UHGV virus genome: UHGV-1427736
Direction: 5' to 3' (one strand)
DNA from: a virus
Length of the DNA stretch: 33,069 nt
Under the pieces are notes generated by a model. The model worked only from the letters and a program-made list of their open reading frames with translations. It was not told the origin of the DNA and did not search any database. Below, piece by piece: positions 9,041-18,320 of this stretch (positions within the stretch are counted from its first letter, which is position 1; every line of letters begins with the position of its first letter). A program made the position numbers and the translations under genes.

Positions 9041-10138
9041 ATGAAACATAAAATTAATAAAATTAACAATGATTTTTATAAAAATTTTTATCTAAGAGAA
9101 ACATTCTCCGATGATATTATTATGACTCACGGAGTCCCTGAGATTTCCAATGACGATTATAAAAGCATTTCATTAAAGAATAGATTATGTTTCACTATAA
9201 GAAAAAGCTCCCCGCATAAAAAAATACAAGAAAGACTTATAAAAAATTTCCTAGTAAAAGTTCCTCTTAGCTCACCTGCAATTGCCTATCGTAAAAAATT
9301 AAACTATTTGAATTTTCTAGAACCTCATATCCATGGTGAGAACTTTTGTCGAATTGACTTATGTAATTTTTTTCATAACATAAACTATAACTTTGCAAGG
9401 GAGTGTTTCAAATCCTACTTTGAAGATGAATATCTGGTAAATAAAAAAATCAAAGTTATTGATGCATTTTTAAATAGTTTATCTATTGAGATTGTAGTCA
9501 ACAATAAAAAGAAAAAAATATTTCCAATGGGATTCGCCACATCACCTTTCATATCCAATATAATTTTCAGAAAGTTAGATATTTTAATTAAAAGTTTGTG
9601 TGACAAAAGAAGCATCATTTACACTCGTTATGCTGATGATATGCTTTTTTCGAGCTCCGGGAAAGACAAACTTCTTGGAAGTGAACATTTTGACAACGAG
9701 ATATCAACTATTGTCAATACGGCAGGACTGTCCCTCAACAAACATAAAAAAATATTTAAGAAAGGCATAATCTCACTAAACGGCTATGTAATAGAAAATA
9801 AAAATGGAGGGGGAGAGAGAGGGAGTATAAGAATATCTAATGGAAAAATGTATTTAATACGGAAAGCACTAGATAAATTTAAAAAGGGATATTCTAAAGA
9901 GCATATTTGCAAAAAAGTATTTTCTGTTAAATCACCAACTGTCAAGTATAATAACAATGCAGATCAGTTTGTAACGGATTTTTATAATTCACAATTCTCT
10001 AATAAGTTAGCTGGTTATCGTTCATATTTAATATCATTAGTAAAATTTAATGATAAATTCAGATGTTTTCACGAAAACGAAATCACCAAATACTCAGTGA
10101 TTATTGATGAAATTTCTAATGCACTGCTAAAACCCTAG
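9041..10138 (+). CDS. Retron-type reverse transcriptase
   Basis: 365 aa. RT motifs IFPMGFATSPFISNIIFRKLD and IIYTRYADDMLF (YADD box), plus PHIHGENFCRIDLCNFF, align closely with the retron Ec86 RT as I recall it. Size and lack of extra domains fit a retron RT. GAGGAAG RBS. AT-rich. Confidence 0.8.
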   Translation: MKHKINKINNDFYKNFYLRETFSDDIIMTHGVPEISNDDYKSISLKNRLCFTIRKSSPHKKIQERLIKNFLVKVPLSSPAIAYRKKLNYLNFLEPHIHGENFCRIDLCNFFHNINYNFARECFKSYFEDEYLVNKKIKVIDAFLNSLSIEIVVNNKKKKIFPMGFATSPFISNIIFRKLDILIKSLCDKRSIIYTRYADDMLFSSSGKDKLLGSEHFDNEISTIVNTAGLSLNKHKKIFKKGIISLNGYVIENKNGGGERGSIRISNGKMYLIRKALDKFKKGYSKEHICKKVFSVKSPTVKYNNNADQFVTDFYNSQFSNKLAGYRSYLISLVKFNDKFRCFHENEITKYSVIIDEISNALLKP

Positions 10139-10158
10139 CCTTAGAAAGTTAATGTTTT

Positions 10159-10176
10159 GGCCCTAAAGCAAGGGCC
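10159..10176 (+). terminator. Hairpin downstream of the RT gene (possible terminator)
   Basis: GGCCCT-aaagca-AGGGCC stem-loop about 20 nt after the RT stop, but followed by TTAATAG rather than a clean T-run. Confidence 0.3.
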
Positions 10177-10560
10177 TTAATAGTAAAAATAGTTACCAGC
10201 ATAAGTATTCCTTCAACTAATCACACAAATTAACGTTAGCAACGTTCCCTTTTTACACCGTCTGAGCACTAAGCTGTCGGTCATTCTGGTCTACCATACT
10301 ATTATACGTAACATCCAAGAGTGTTCCTGCAAACGGTCGTAGAAAATGCGGGCTTCGCCATTTTCTGGCCGACGCCGGTCTCGTCGAGTTCTTCTGACTG
10401 TTCAAGTGCAAATGCGCCTGTAGGTATCCCTACAAAAGAAACCATCAACTTTTAGATAGTATCTGGCACTCCAACTCCCGCTGTTGACTCGGAGCGGACT
10501 GTCAGATTAGGCTTTACTCTGTACCATAGATACGTTAGCTCACTCCAGAGATCATACAAC

Positions 10561-11088
10561 TTATTGCGGCATGTCCGGCCATTCAGGATTTGAAGGGTCC
10601 ACACGACTGACCAGAACGCTGTAGCGTTCCCATGCATCCAGTCGACTGCGCTCCTCACCTGTTGCCATATTCAGCCTGACAGCGCGCTCCAGCGGCAAAA
10701 TTACGGATTCAGCTTCGGAAAGCAAAGCTGCCTTATGTAATTCCGCTAGTTTCTGCTGTTCGTCTGCCGTATAAATCCGCTTAATCACGGCACCATCCTT
10801 AAACATCCATTTACCTGAGTCATCAGCACGCCGGTTGGCAGTAATATCAGGAACCTCAACGACGCTAAAACCTTCAGGATTAAGCGTTGAAGCATCTCTG
10901 GTGATGGCGACAATAATATTATTTTCATCGTAAACAATCTTTATTGTGTCTGGCTGAAAATTACTTACTTCCTCATACCAGTTTTTTCCGTCTTCGGACC
11001 ATAACCAGATAACATCAAAATTCTTTGTTAGCTGATATTGCTCTTTTGTTTTTGGATTACCTGACTTAATGTTCTTTAAATGCTGCAT
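10561..11088 (-). CDS. G: Tail fiber assembly protein gpG
   Basis: 175 aa, same length as P2 gpG, directly downstream of H. Confidence 0.85.
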   Translation of the reverse strand: MQHLKNIKSGNPKTKEQYQLTKNFDVIWLWSEDGKNWYEEVSNFQPDTIKIVYDENNIIVAITRDASTLNPEGFSVVEVPDITANRRADDSGKWMFKDGAVIKRIYTADEQQKLAELHKAALLSEAESVILPLERAVRLNMATGEERSRLDAWERYSVLVSRVDPSNPEWPDMPQ

Positions 11089-11091
11089 TAC

Positions 11092-12969
11092 TTACACCTG
11101 CGCAACGTTATACCATGTGCCATTGATGTATTTTTGTATCGGCCTGAAGATGGCCTCATCATCGCCATCTACTTCACCAATGATTCTTAATCCGGTAATC
11201 GTGTGTCCGGCTTTTTCATAACGACCACCTCGCGCCATCAATTGAACAACTCGCGTACCCAGGCGAACATCTTTCACATAGCGGGAATCAAAATTCCCCC
11301 AGTTGCTGGGTTGCATCTGACCGTTAACAGCAAATATTACCGAGTTATCTGTATTTCGCTGGCTATAGAAATGCCATCCGGACTCATCGCCTAACTCTGC
11401 AACCACTGGACGGTTGGAAGCACCCCATAAATTAAAGGTAATATTCTTCGTGGATGTGTTAGAGCTGGATAGCGAGAACTTTTTACTATCCCCTGCCTGA
11501 ATATTTTTAAAAGCAATAGCCACTCCATTCTGAAAACGGAATACACGCTGACTGTTAGCATAAACATCAAGAATACCGTCTCCATTCTGTTTAAATCCGG
11601 TATCATTATCACCAAGGACAATAGAGCTACCACCTAGTGCATTCGTCGTACCAACTCCAAGACAGCCATTAATGACGGCATTAACAAGAATATTTAGTGC
11701 ATCCCATTTCAGCGTCATCAGGTCTTTTGTTGTGGTACTCTGGCGGCTTCTCCATTTGAAATATTCATTGCCGTTATCCCCCGTTTCAAACCACATGTAT
11801 GAATCAGCGTCACCATCGGCATCATTTTTAAATCCAATCTTCGCCCAGTCAGTATTTCGAATCCAGGCAAGGATTGAGTCGTTTTCAAAAGTAATCCCGC
11901 CGGACAAGGTATCGCCATTCTTTTGCACCGCGTTCCTGGCCCTGTTTACCGTTTCCTGCAAACCGAGGTATTCGATAACGGCAGCAATGGTCGCTTTAGC
12001 CAGAATATCCCGCCCGACTTTTGTCAGGGTTGCCAAACTGGCAACATCATTCCCCGTAAAATACGGAAAGCTGTCTGCCGCAGTAGCAAGCCCCGCCAGC
12101 GCCGTCAGAGTGGCATCTTTCGGTTGCTTACCCGCAAGCGCATTAGTCATGGAGGTAGCAAAATTCGGGTCATTGCCCAGCGCCGCCGCCAGCTCGTTCA
12201 GCGTATTCAGTGCGTCAGGCGACGAGTCTACAATGGCGGCAATCGCGGCCATAACGAAAGCCGTGTTTGCGATCTGAGTATTATTCGTTCCCTGTCGCGC
12301 AGTTGGCGTCGTTGGCGTTCCGGTCAGTGCAGGGCTGTTTAATGGCGCTTTTTTGTTCGCTTCATCCATTACCGTCTTAACAGCTTTTGGTGTTGCGGCG
12401 AGCGTTTCAGACGTGCTGTTGGTCGCACTGCTTAACTGAGTAAAACCTTTTGCGGTCAGCGAGGCGTCAGGGTGACGTCGTGACTGTTCATGTTCTGCAA
12501 TTTTGTCATCAACGTAATCCTGCGTTGCCATCACCGTTGTGGTGTCAATGGTCAGCGCCACTGAGGCCACACTGCTGACGATGATGACCATGCGGCAGGT
12601 CTGCGAACGCCCTGAGCCTTCGGCAAGGGCAGGCTTATAACTTTCGGCCATGTTCGCCACGGCAATTAACGTTCCCGCATCATCGTACAGGCCAAGCTCA
12701 CGCATCCAGAAACCGCCCACCTCCGGCGGAATAACCAGCTCTGCGATAATATAATTACTGTTTCGTTTGTCCTGGCTGATTTTGTTCAGCGTATGTCGCC
12801 AGACTTCGTGGATAAGCCCGGTCTGTCCGGCATCCGGGACAGGCAATTTACCACCGCCATCCCCGACGGCCATCGTGGTAATGTTGACCTTCCGCCCTCC
12901 CGGTGCGGTTGCCGCTGCCAGCTTTGCTGCACCGGCAGTGGTGATAACGGTTTTGAATTTTGTGCTCAT
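11092..12969 (-). CDS. H: Tail fiber protein gpH
   Basis: 625 aa. Conserved P2 H-like N-terminus (MSTKFKTVITTAGAAKLAAATAPGGRKVNITTMAVGDGGG) with a variable C-terminal receptor-binding region. Confidence 0.85.
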   Translation of the reverse strand: MSTKFKTVITTAGAAKLAAATAPGGRKVNITTMAVGDGGGKLPVPDAGQTGLIHEVWRHTLNKISQDKRNSNYIIAELVIPPEVGGFWMRELGLYDDAGTLIAVANMAESYKPALAEGSGRSQTCRMVIIVSSVASVALTIDTTTVMATQDYVDDKIAEHEQSRRHPDASLTAKGFTQLSSATNSTSETLAATPKAVKTVMDEANKKAPLNSPALTGTPTTPTARQGTNNTQIANTAFVMAAIAAIVDSSPDALNTLNELAAALGNDPNFATSMTNALAGKQPKDATLTALAGLATAADSFPYFTGNDVASLATLTKVGRDILAKATIAAVIEYLGLQETVNRARNAVQKNGDTLSGGITFENDSILAWIRNTDWAKIGFKNDADGDADSYMWFETGDNGNEYFKWRSRQSTTTKDLMTLKWDALNILVNAVINGCLGVGTTNALGGSSIVLGDNDTGFKQNGDGILDVYANSQRVFRFQNGVAIAFKNIQAGDSKKFSLSSSNTSTKNITFNLWGASNRPVVAELGDESGWHFYSQRNTDNSVIFAVNGQMQPSNWGNFDSRYVKDVRLGTRVVQLMARGGRYEKAGHTITGLRIIGEVDGDDEAIFRPIQKYINGTWYNVAQV

Positions 12970-12979
12970 TATTCCTCAC

Positions 12980-13510
12980 TTATCCGGGGTAAACCGTAAT
13001 TACATCGCCGTCGTAAGCCACACCACCGGCGAACAGGTAGCCGGGAATGTCCCGGGTAATGTTCAGGCCAATAAGATGACGGCTTGCAGGTTTGGCATCA
13101 GCAATCAGCCGTTCCATTTCCTGATACATTGCCTCTGTGATGCCACTTTCCAGTACACCAATATCAAGCCGGAAGGTGCCGGGCGGGTCACTGTTTTCCC
13201 ACCACTCCGTCACGTTGATGAGATAGCCGAGCGGCTCCACCACACGCCGGATTGCACCGATAGTGCCCTTATGACAGTGGATGAAATAGGCATCGCGGAT
13301 AACGGCGCGTTTTGTCGCTTCCGGCCACTTTTCATCCCACCTGTCGACCGAAAACGCCCACGCCAGCCACGGCAGCAGATTTGCCGGACAGGTATCCGGG
13401 TTCCACAGTTCACGAATCCTGACCGGCGTTTTTTCAATTTCCGCACAGGCTTTTGCGGCGGCAACTTCAAGCGGTGATGAGCCGGTCGGCAGCAGTCGCG
13501 AATCACTCAT
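12980..13510 (-). CDS. I: Baseplate assembly protein gpI
   Basis: 176 aa ORF in the P2 I position between J and H. Confidence 0.85.
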   Translation of the reverse strand: MSDSRLLPTGSSPLEVAAAKACAEIEKTPVRIRELWNPDTCPANLLPWLAWAFSVDRWDEKWPEATKRAVIRDAYFIHCHKGTIGAIRRVVEPLGYLINVTEWWENSDPPGTFRLDIGVLESGITEAMYQEMERLIADAKPASRHLIGLNITRDIPGYLFAGGVAYDGDVITVYPG

Positions 13511-14411
13511 CCGAGCCTCCGGTCACGACGCGGTATTCGGTACAGAAAGACGCCTGCGTACTGTTGAGCACGATGTCGGCCAGCGGTGCAGTCAGTTCGA
13601 CACGCTGCACGCCTTCCACATGCAAAGCGGCATAAATGGCAGACAGACGGATGTCGCGCCCCAGCCGGTGCTGTGCCGTGATGTACGCTTCCAGTTTTTT
13701 CACGGCAGCAGCGCGTATGGGTTCGCTTTCGGGACCAGGGTAAAGGTAAAGCGTGGCGTTTATCTGGTATTCAACGATGGCGGCAGACTGCACGGTCACG
13801 CGGTCGGCCACCGGCCTGACGTCCTCGCCATTAAGGGCGTTACGCACCACCGCCAGCAGGTCTTCGGATGCGACACCGTTATTTTCACGTGACAGCACAG
13901 AGATGGTGACGCAGGCCGGAGACGGACTGGTGACAGAGATATCTGCGACACGCCCGTCGGCACTTCGACCATGATACTGATAGGCTCCCACCGACCCGGC
14001 GACGCTTAAGCCCTCAAACGCCTGCTGAATACGCAGACGATAATCGGTGTCAGACTCCATCACTGCCGGTGTCGACGGGATGGTCGAATCATCTGCCGGG
14101 GTGATAATCAGGCGCGTGGTGTTGTAATTGGCACCAATCACATCAAGGTCATTACCGGCAGCACAGGCCAGCATTACCGCCCGTGCGGCCTCATTCACAC
14201 GCTGACGCCAGATAAGCTCACGATAAGCATTTTCCTCCAGCAGTTTGACGAGAGGCTCGGATTCCAGCATCAGGGTACGGGCGACCGCCTCCTGCTGGTC
14301 CTCCGGGTAAAGGGAAATCAGTGTCGCCTTGCGTTCAGCGAGAATGGTTTCAAAGTCCAGCTCCTCGACTACATCCGGTGCGGGTAGCTGGTTCAGGTCG
14401 ATAATCGGCAT
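13503..14411 (-). CDS. J: Baseplate protein gpJ
   Basis: 302 aa ORF in the P2 J position, overlapping the I start. Confidence 0.85.
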   Translation of the reverse strand: MPIIDLNQLPAPDVVEELDFETILAERKATLISLYPEDQQEAVARTLMLESEPLVKLLEENAYRELIWRQRVNEAARAVMLACAAGNDLDVIGANYNTTRLIITPADDSTIPSTPAVMESDTDYRLRIQQAFEGLSVAGSVGAYQYHGRSADGRVADISVTSPSPACVTISVLSRENNGVASEDLLAVVRNALNGEDVRPVADRVTVQSAAIVEYQINATLYLYPGPESEPIRAAAVKKLEAYITAQHRLGRDIRLSAIYAALHVEGVQRVELTAPLADIVLNSTQASFCTEYRVVTGGSDE

Positions 14412-14415
14412 GGTT

Positions 14416-14763
14416 TCAACTCACAGGGATGGTTAACGAAAGTGGCTGGCCGGTGTCGTTGTGCTGGCCGGTTAACGTGACCGTCATTCGCCCGTCAAAA
14501 CTGCACGCCGTAGTGACGGATGACAGGGTGACGCGGGGTTCCCATTTCAGCACCGCCATGTAACAGGCGACCTTAATCTGCAACTCAAGCGCCGGGGTCT
14601 GCGGCTGGTCAATCATTGACGCCAGCAACGAGCCGTAATCACGACGCATCACCCGTGAGCCGACCGGTGTGCGCAGGATATCGCCGATACTCTGGCTGAT
14701 ATGCTCAAGGTCAGTGACAGTCAGGCCATCACTGCGATTCATTCCGAGATAACGCGCTGTCAT
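14416..14763 (-). CDS. W: Baseplate wedge protein gpW
   Basis: 115 aa ORF in the P2 W position. Confidence 0.85.
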   Translation of the reverse strand: MTARYLGMNRSDGLTVTDLEHISQSIGDILRTPVGSRVMRRDYGSLLASMIDQPQTPALELQIKVACYMAVLKWEPRVTLSSVTTACSFDGRMTVTLTGQHNDTGQPLSLTIPVS

Positions 14764-15395
14764 AGAGGACTCCCGGTTGTGCCGCCGCTGTCGCCGGGGT
14801 GTTTATGGGTATGCAGTACCTTACCGTTTGATGAGAGTTCACCGCCGGTGTGTTCAATGTTGCCGCGCATCGTCCCGCCCTTCTGCACTTCCAGCGTGCC
14901 GGTAATCAGCCTGTTGGTGCAGACCACCTCCGGTGTGTCCAGGGTGACGCGGGTTGATGCTTTCACCGTGACCACCGGCACCGTGGCAGTAACAGAATCA
15001 GAAGCCGTCACGCTGGCCGTTTTAATTCCGCTTACCGTGAGTGCACTGGTTTCGGGTTCATACTCAATCACCGCCCCGTCAGGGAAACGGATATGCAGGG
15101 CATCCGCCGACGCAGACGGCGCGGGGTTATCGCCGGAATAAATCCCCGGCAGAACAAACGCCGTGTCAAGTTCACCGCCCACGGCCAGAATCAGCACCTG
15201 CTCCCCCACGGAAGGTGCCCACCATGTGCGCGAACGCCCGGCACGACAGGTCAGCCACTGAAGCCAGTCGGTGCACATGCCGCCGGTCTGCACACGGCAG
15301 CGACCGGCGTTAAGGTCGGTTTCGACGACAAGGCCGGTGCGAATCATGTTGCGCAGTGCGCGCGCGAGTTCCTGAATATTTGCGAGAGTGTTCAT
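14760..15395 (-). CDS. V: Baseplate spike protein gpV
   Basis: 211 aa ORF in the P2 V position; ATGA overlap with W. Confidence 0.85.
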   Translation of the reverse strand: MNTLANIQELARALRNMIRTGLVVETDLNAGRCRVQTGGMCTDWLQWLTCRAGRSRTWWAPSVGEQVLILAVGGELDTAFVLPGIYSGDNPAPSASADALHIRFPDGAVIEYEPETSALTVSGIKTASVTASDSVTATVPVVTVKASTRVTLDTPEVVCTNRLITGTLEVQKGGTMRGNIEHTGGELSSNGKVLHTHKHPGDSGGTTGSPL

Positions 15396-15461
15396 AACGG
15401 GAAGGATGCCGCCGGGTCATACCGGCGGCAATGTGACGATGAGGTGTCGGGAATGGCACAA

Positions 15462-15914
15462 CTAACGGTCGAGGTGCGCCAGAATAATCTCTTCAATCAT
15501 CTGCACATCCTCACCGGTAAAGCCGAGCAGGGGACGCGCCGGATAATCAATTTTCTTACCATCTTTCCGGTTTTCTTCCGACAGACCGAACTGATGCACA
15601 CTGGCGATTTTCGGTGACTTCCCGCCGTAAAACTCCATTGATGCCTGTTCCGGGCTGGCGCGGATATGCAAAAAACGACTGGTGATAAGTTTCGCAAACA
15701 TTTTTCGCTTAACACGACCAGTCTTTTTTCTGGCGCTCTGCTGCTGGCGTGGCGCGTAGGGTGTGCCGTCCGGGGCTTTCTGAGCCATCACCCGACGCTG
15801 CTGACTCTGCCGCAGACGTTTCGCCAGTTCGGCGCTCAGTCGCCGACGCCCTGACGGTGACAGCGATTCAATCAGTCCGGTCAGCCGGTCTTCAAAACGC
15901 TTAAACTCATTCAT
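15462..15914 (-). CDS. S: Tail completion protein gpS
   Basis: 150 aa ORF in the P2 S position. Confidence 0.8.
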   Translation of the reverse strand: MNEFKRFEDRLTGLIESLSPSGRRRLSAELAKRLRQSQQRRVMAQKAPDGTPYAPRQQQSARKKTGRVKRKMFAKLITSRFLHIRASPEQASMEFYGGKSPKIASVHQFGLSEENRKDGKKIDYPARPLLGFTGEDVQMIEEIILAHLDR

Positions 15915-16374
15915 CCCACTTGCTCACCAGTTCGCCATTGATATAAAGCTCCACCGGGCGGGTGACCGGCTCCGGCGGCAGAGGTTCCGGGATATTCTTC
16001 ACATGCAGCGCGCCGTCCACCTCACTGACCAGCGTGCGCTCGGTCAGCATCAGGCTGATGCTGATATCAAAGCTGCTGTCATTGTTGATGTCTGCATAAA
16101 ACGTGAAGCCCTTTTTCTGGCCTTCGTCGGTGGTCATGATGTCGGGCTGATTTTCCCGCAGCCACGCCAGCACCGGCACGATGAGCAGGTCAAAATCACC
16201 GGTAAAGTCGGTCACAATGACATTGAGCGTGTAACGCTTTTCAAATGACAGCGACGTCGCCAGTGTGGAGGCAATACTCCCGTTATCCACGAATATCCGA
16301 AGCATCTCGGGACTGGTTTTCAGCACCGTGACGGCATCAGTCAGCGCCCTGCGCAGGCTGTCGGGTTTGAGCAT
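15907..16374 (-). CDS. R: Tail completion protein gpR
   Basis: 155 aa ORF in the P2 R position. Confidence 0.8.
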   Translation of the reverse strand: MLKPDSLRRALTDAVTVLKTSPEMLRIFVDNGSIASTLATSLSFEKRYTLNVIVTDFTGDFDLLIVPVLAWLRENQPDIMTTDEGQKKGFTFYADINNDSSFDISISLMLTERTLVSEVDGALHVKNIPEPLPPEPVTRPVELYINGELVSKWDE

Positions 16375-16627
16375 CGTTTTCGTCCTGACAGTGTTTAATC
16401 ATTTTTACCTGGCTGGCACAGCGTGCCAGCGCGTTCTCAAGCTGTCGGATATCGGCACTTAAATCGCCGTTCGTCTCCGGGTCACTGCCCGGCATCTGGC
16501 AAAGGCTCACTTTCGGGCAAGCGTTGGCGACAATCACTGGCGTCTGTGCAGACCGGGCGCTGGTGCAACCGGCGCACAGCATCAGGCAGGCCAGCGCCGT
16601 ACCAGCGGCGAAAATCTTCGTTTTCAT
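16337..16627 (-). CDS. lysC: LysC (Rz1-like outer-membrane lipoprotein spanin)
   Basis: 96 aa with signal peptide and lipobox (LMLCAGC), in an alternative frame overlapping the lysB 3' end and the R 5' end, as in P2. Confidence 0.65.
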   Translation of the reverse strand: MKTKIFAAGTALACLMLCAGCTSARSAQTPVIVANACPKVSLCQMPGSDPETNGDLSADIRQLENALARCASQVKMIKHCQDENDAQTRQPAQGAD

Positions 16628-16907
16628 TCAGTAACCTCGTGATGGTTTTCTCGCGCTGTGCTTCACGCTTCGCCGCGTTCTCCAGTTCCTGACGCAGTGC
16701 CACCTGCGCCAGCTCGTTTTTGTCTGCTCTGGTGAGGGCAACATGAAGCTGATTTTTCAGCATGGTGATGGTCGTCTGCTGCCCGTTGGCGACGTTGTTC
16801 GCCCTGTCCAGCGAGGTGCGCAGGCTGGCGTTTTCATGCTTCGCCAGAAACAGACCGGCCACCGCCAGTGATAACAACACAACCAGCACAATCATCAGCT
16901 TTGACAT
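16482..16907 (-). CDS. lysB: LysB (Rz-like inner-membrane spanin)
   Basis: 141 aa with N-terminal transmembrane segment and coiled-coil region, in the P2 lysB position. Confidence 0.75.
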   Translation of the reverse strand: MSKLMIVLVVLLSLAVAGLFLAKHENASLRTSLDRANNVANGQQTTITMLKNQLHVALTRADKNELAQVALRQELENAAKREAQREKTITRLLNENEDFRRWYGAGLPDAVRRLHQRPVCTDASDCRQRLPESEPLPDAGQ

Positions 16908-17320
16908 GGTTCCCGCCCCTCAAAACGCTGACGACAGGCCGTGCGTATCAACCGGAAGAACACCGACGCCACGAGGTAAATCAGCGCGGTAAAAATCCAC
17001 CCGGCAGTGACCAGCGAGATAAACGTCGCCACCATCACCACCAGAGCCGCCGCCCGTCTGCGCCACGGCACCGGCTGCAAAAACAGCGACGCGACAATAT
17101 TCACGGCCAGCGATTCTGGCGGCAGCTCCCGCCCGTAGCGTTCCAGCACATACTCAGTGGCATACACGCCGACACCACCGGCAACCACACAGATAACCGT
17201 CGCCAGAATCGCCCAGGCGGCGACAAAATTGACGGCCACGCTCTGCGGGTAAATCAGGAACAGTGCCAGCATCAGCGCCAGCGACACGTTCAGCATCAGT
17301 GAAAGGGATAATTTCTTCAT
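16895..17320 (-). CDS. lysA: LysA (membrane protein, lysis timing)
   Basis: 141 aa multi-transmembrane hydrophobic protein in the P2 lysA position. Confidence 0.7.
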   Translation of the reverse strand: MKKLSLSLMLNVSLALMLALFLIYPQSVAVNFVAAWAILATVICVVAGGVGVYATEYVLERYGRELPPESLAVNIVASLFLQPVPWRRRAAALVVMVATFISLVTAGWIFTALIYLVASVFFRLIRTACRQRFEGREPCQS

Positions 17321-17334
17321 GGTGTTTACTCCGT

Positions 17335-17832
17335 TTAAGCCGGTACGCCGCCAGCGGTACGCCAGACGGTGACCAGTTTTTCCAGTGAATGCTCACGCTG
17401 ACCGTAACCGGCACCCGGCAGGGACGCCCAGATATTGCGACAGCGTGAAATGGCTCGCTCAATGCGTCCCGCCCGGATGTCATCCAGTGCACCGCGTTCG
17501 CGGATCAACTGAATGGCAAGTCTGTCCTGTGACAACGGACTGAAATCCGGCAGGGCAAGCTGTTTGCGGTAATGCGGCCAGAACAGGTAAAGATGCTGAT
17601 AGCGACCTGAGGCCGTGGATTTTTCACCGCGACGGTTAAACACCTTCGCCGGTCGGCCATGTGCGAACGGGTGGTCACTGTAGTCGGTGAAGATTTCCGG
17701 CTTCCCGTCCAGTCCGGTGACTATCACGTCATAGCCCCGGTTTTTCGTCAGCGGATGGTTTGCCGTCCCTTCGGACACGGCCAGCATGTCGAGAAAGGCG
17801 GCGATATTCTGATGCGTGTTAATAACCGGCAT
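17335..17832 (-). CDS. K: Endolysin gpK (lysozyme)
   Basis: 165 aa ORF in the P2 K position between Y and lysA. Confidence 0.85.
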   Translation of the reverse strand: MPVINTHQNIAAFLDMLAVSEGTANHPLTKNRGYDVIVTGLDGKPEIFTDYSDHPFAHGRPAKVFNRRGEKSTASGRYQHLYLFWPHYRKQLALPDFSPLSQDRLAIQLIRERGALDDIRAGRIERAISRCRNIWASLPGAGYGQREHSLEKLVTVWRTAGGVPA

Positions 17833-18113
17833 TACGGTTTCCCCCTACCCTTAAAGCGGCGCTGAATGGCAATCTCAATCACCTGATAACCGGCGATACC
17901 CAGCATGGAGCCGATACCGCACACCGCAGGCAGTGACAGGTCAGGAAACTGCACCAGAACAACACCGGCAACCATCGAGACAAAACCACCGAGCAACATG
18001 CGCCCGATAAACAGACGCGGGGTGATGGGTTCACCACCGGCAAGCACCTTGCCGACAACAATCAGCACCCCAATCATGAAAAGCGACAGGACGCTTTTTT
18101 CTTCTGCTGTCAT
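17832..18113 (-). CDS. Y: Holin gpY
   Basis: 93 aa small membrane protein with transmembrane segments, immediately upstream of the endolysin. Confidence 0.75.
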   Translation of the reverse strand: MTAEEKSVLSLFMIGVLIVVGKVLAGGEPITPRLFIGRMLLGGFVSMVAGVVLVQFPDLSLPAVCGIGSMLGIAGYQVIEIAIQRRFKGRGKP

Positions 18114-18116
18114 GCG

Positions 18117-18320
18117 TTACTCCCACAGATTGACAGTTTCAGCCACGGGCGCGGTCTGAACGTCGGGCAGTTCGACGGCGGTGCCGTGTGGCAGCACCGC
18201 ACCCAGTTCAGCCAGTCCCGGATTTGCGGCGAGCACGGTCTCAACCACGCCCTCAGTGCGCCCGTAATACCGGACACAAATGGCGTCGAGCGTGTCGCCC
18301 TGTAGCGCAAAGGTCTTCAT
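18117..18320 (-). CDS. X: Tail protein gpX
   Basis: The ORF extends to 18389, but the start consistent with the upstream gene's stop is the ATG at 18320 (MKTFALQGDTLD..., 67 aa), overlapping the L stop. Confidence 0.7.
   Translation of the reverse strand: MKTFALQGDTLDAICVRYYGRTEGVVETVLAANPGLAELGAVLPHGTAVELPDVQTAPVAETVNLWE

Noticed and set aside
7441-9618. Short minus-strand ORFs (60-74 aa) inside the OLD and RT genes
   Set aside because: Small hydrophobic, low-complexity frames antisense to genes with clear catalytic motifs; no RBS context.
12767-13477. 236-aa ORF on the plus strand spanning the H/I junction
   Set aside because: Antisense to the conserved tail fiber H and baseplate I genes; Pro/Ala/Arg-rich low-complexity translation typical of a spurious GC-rich frame.
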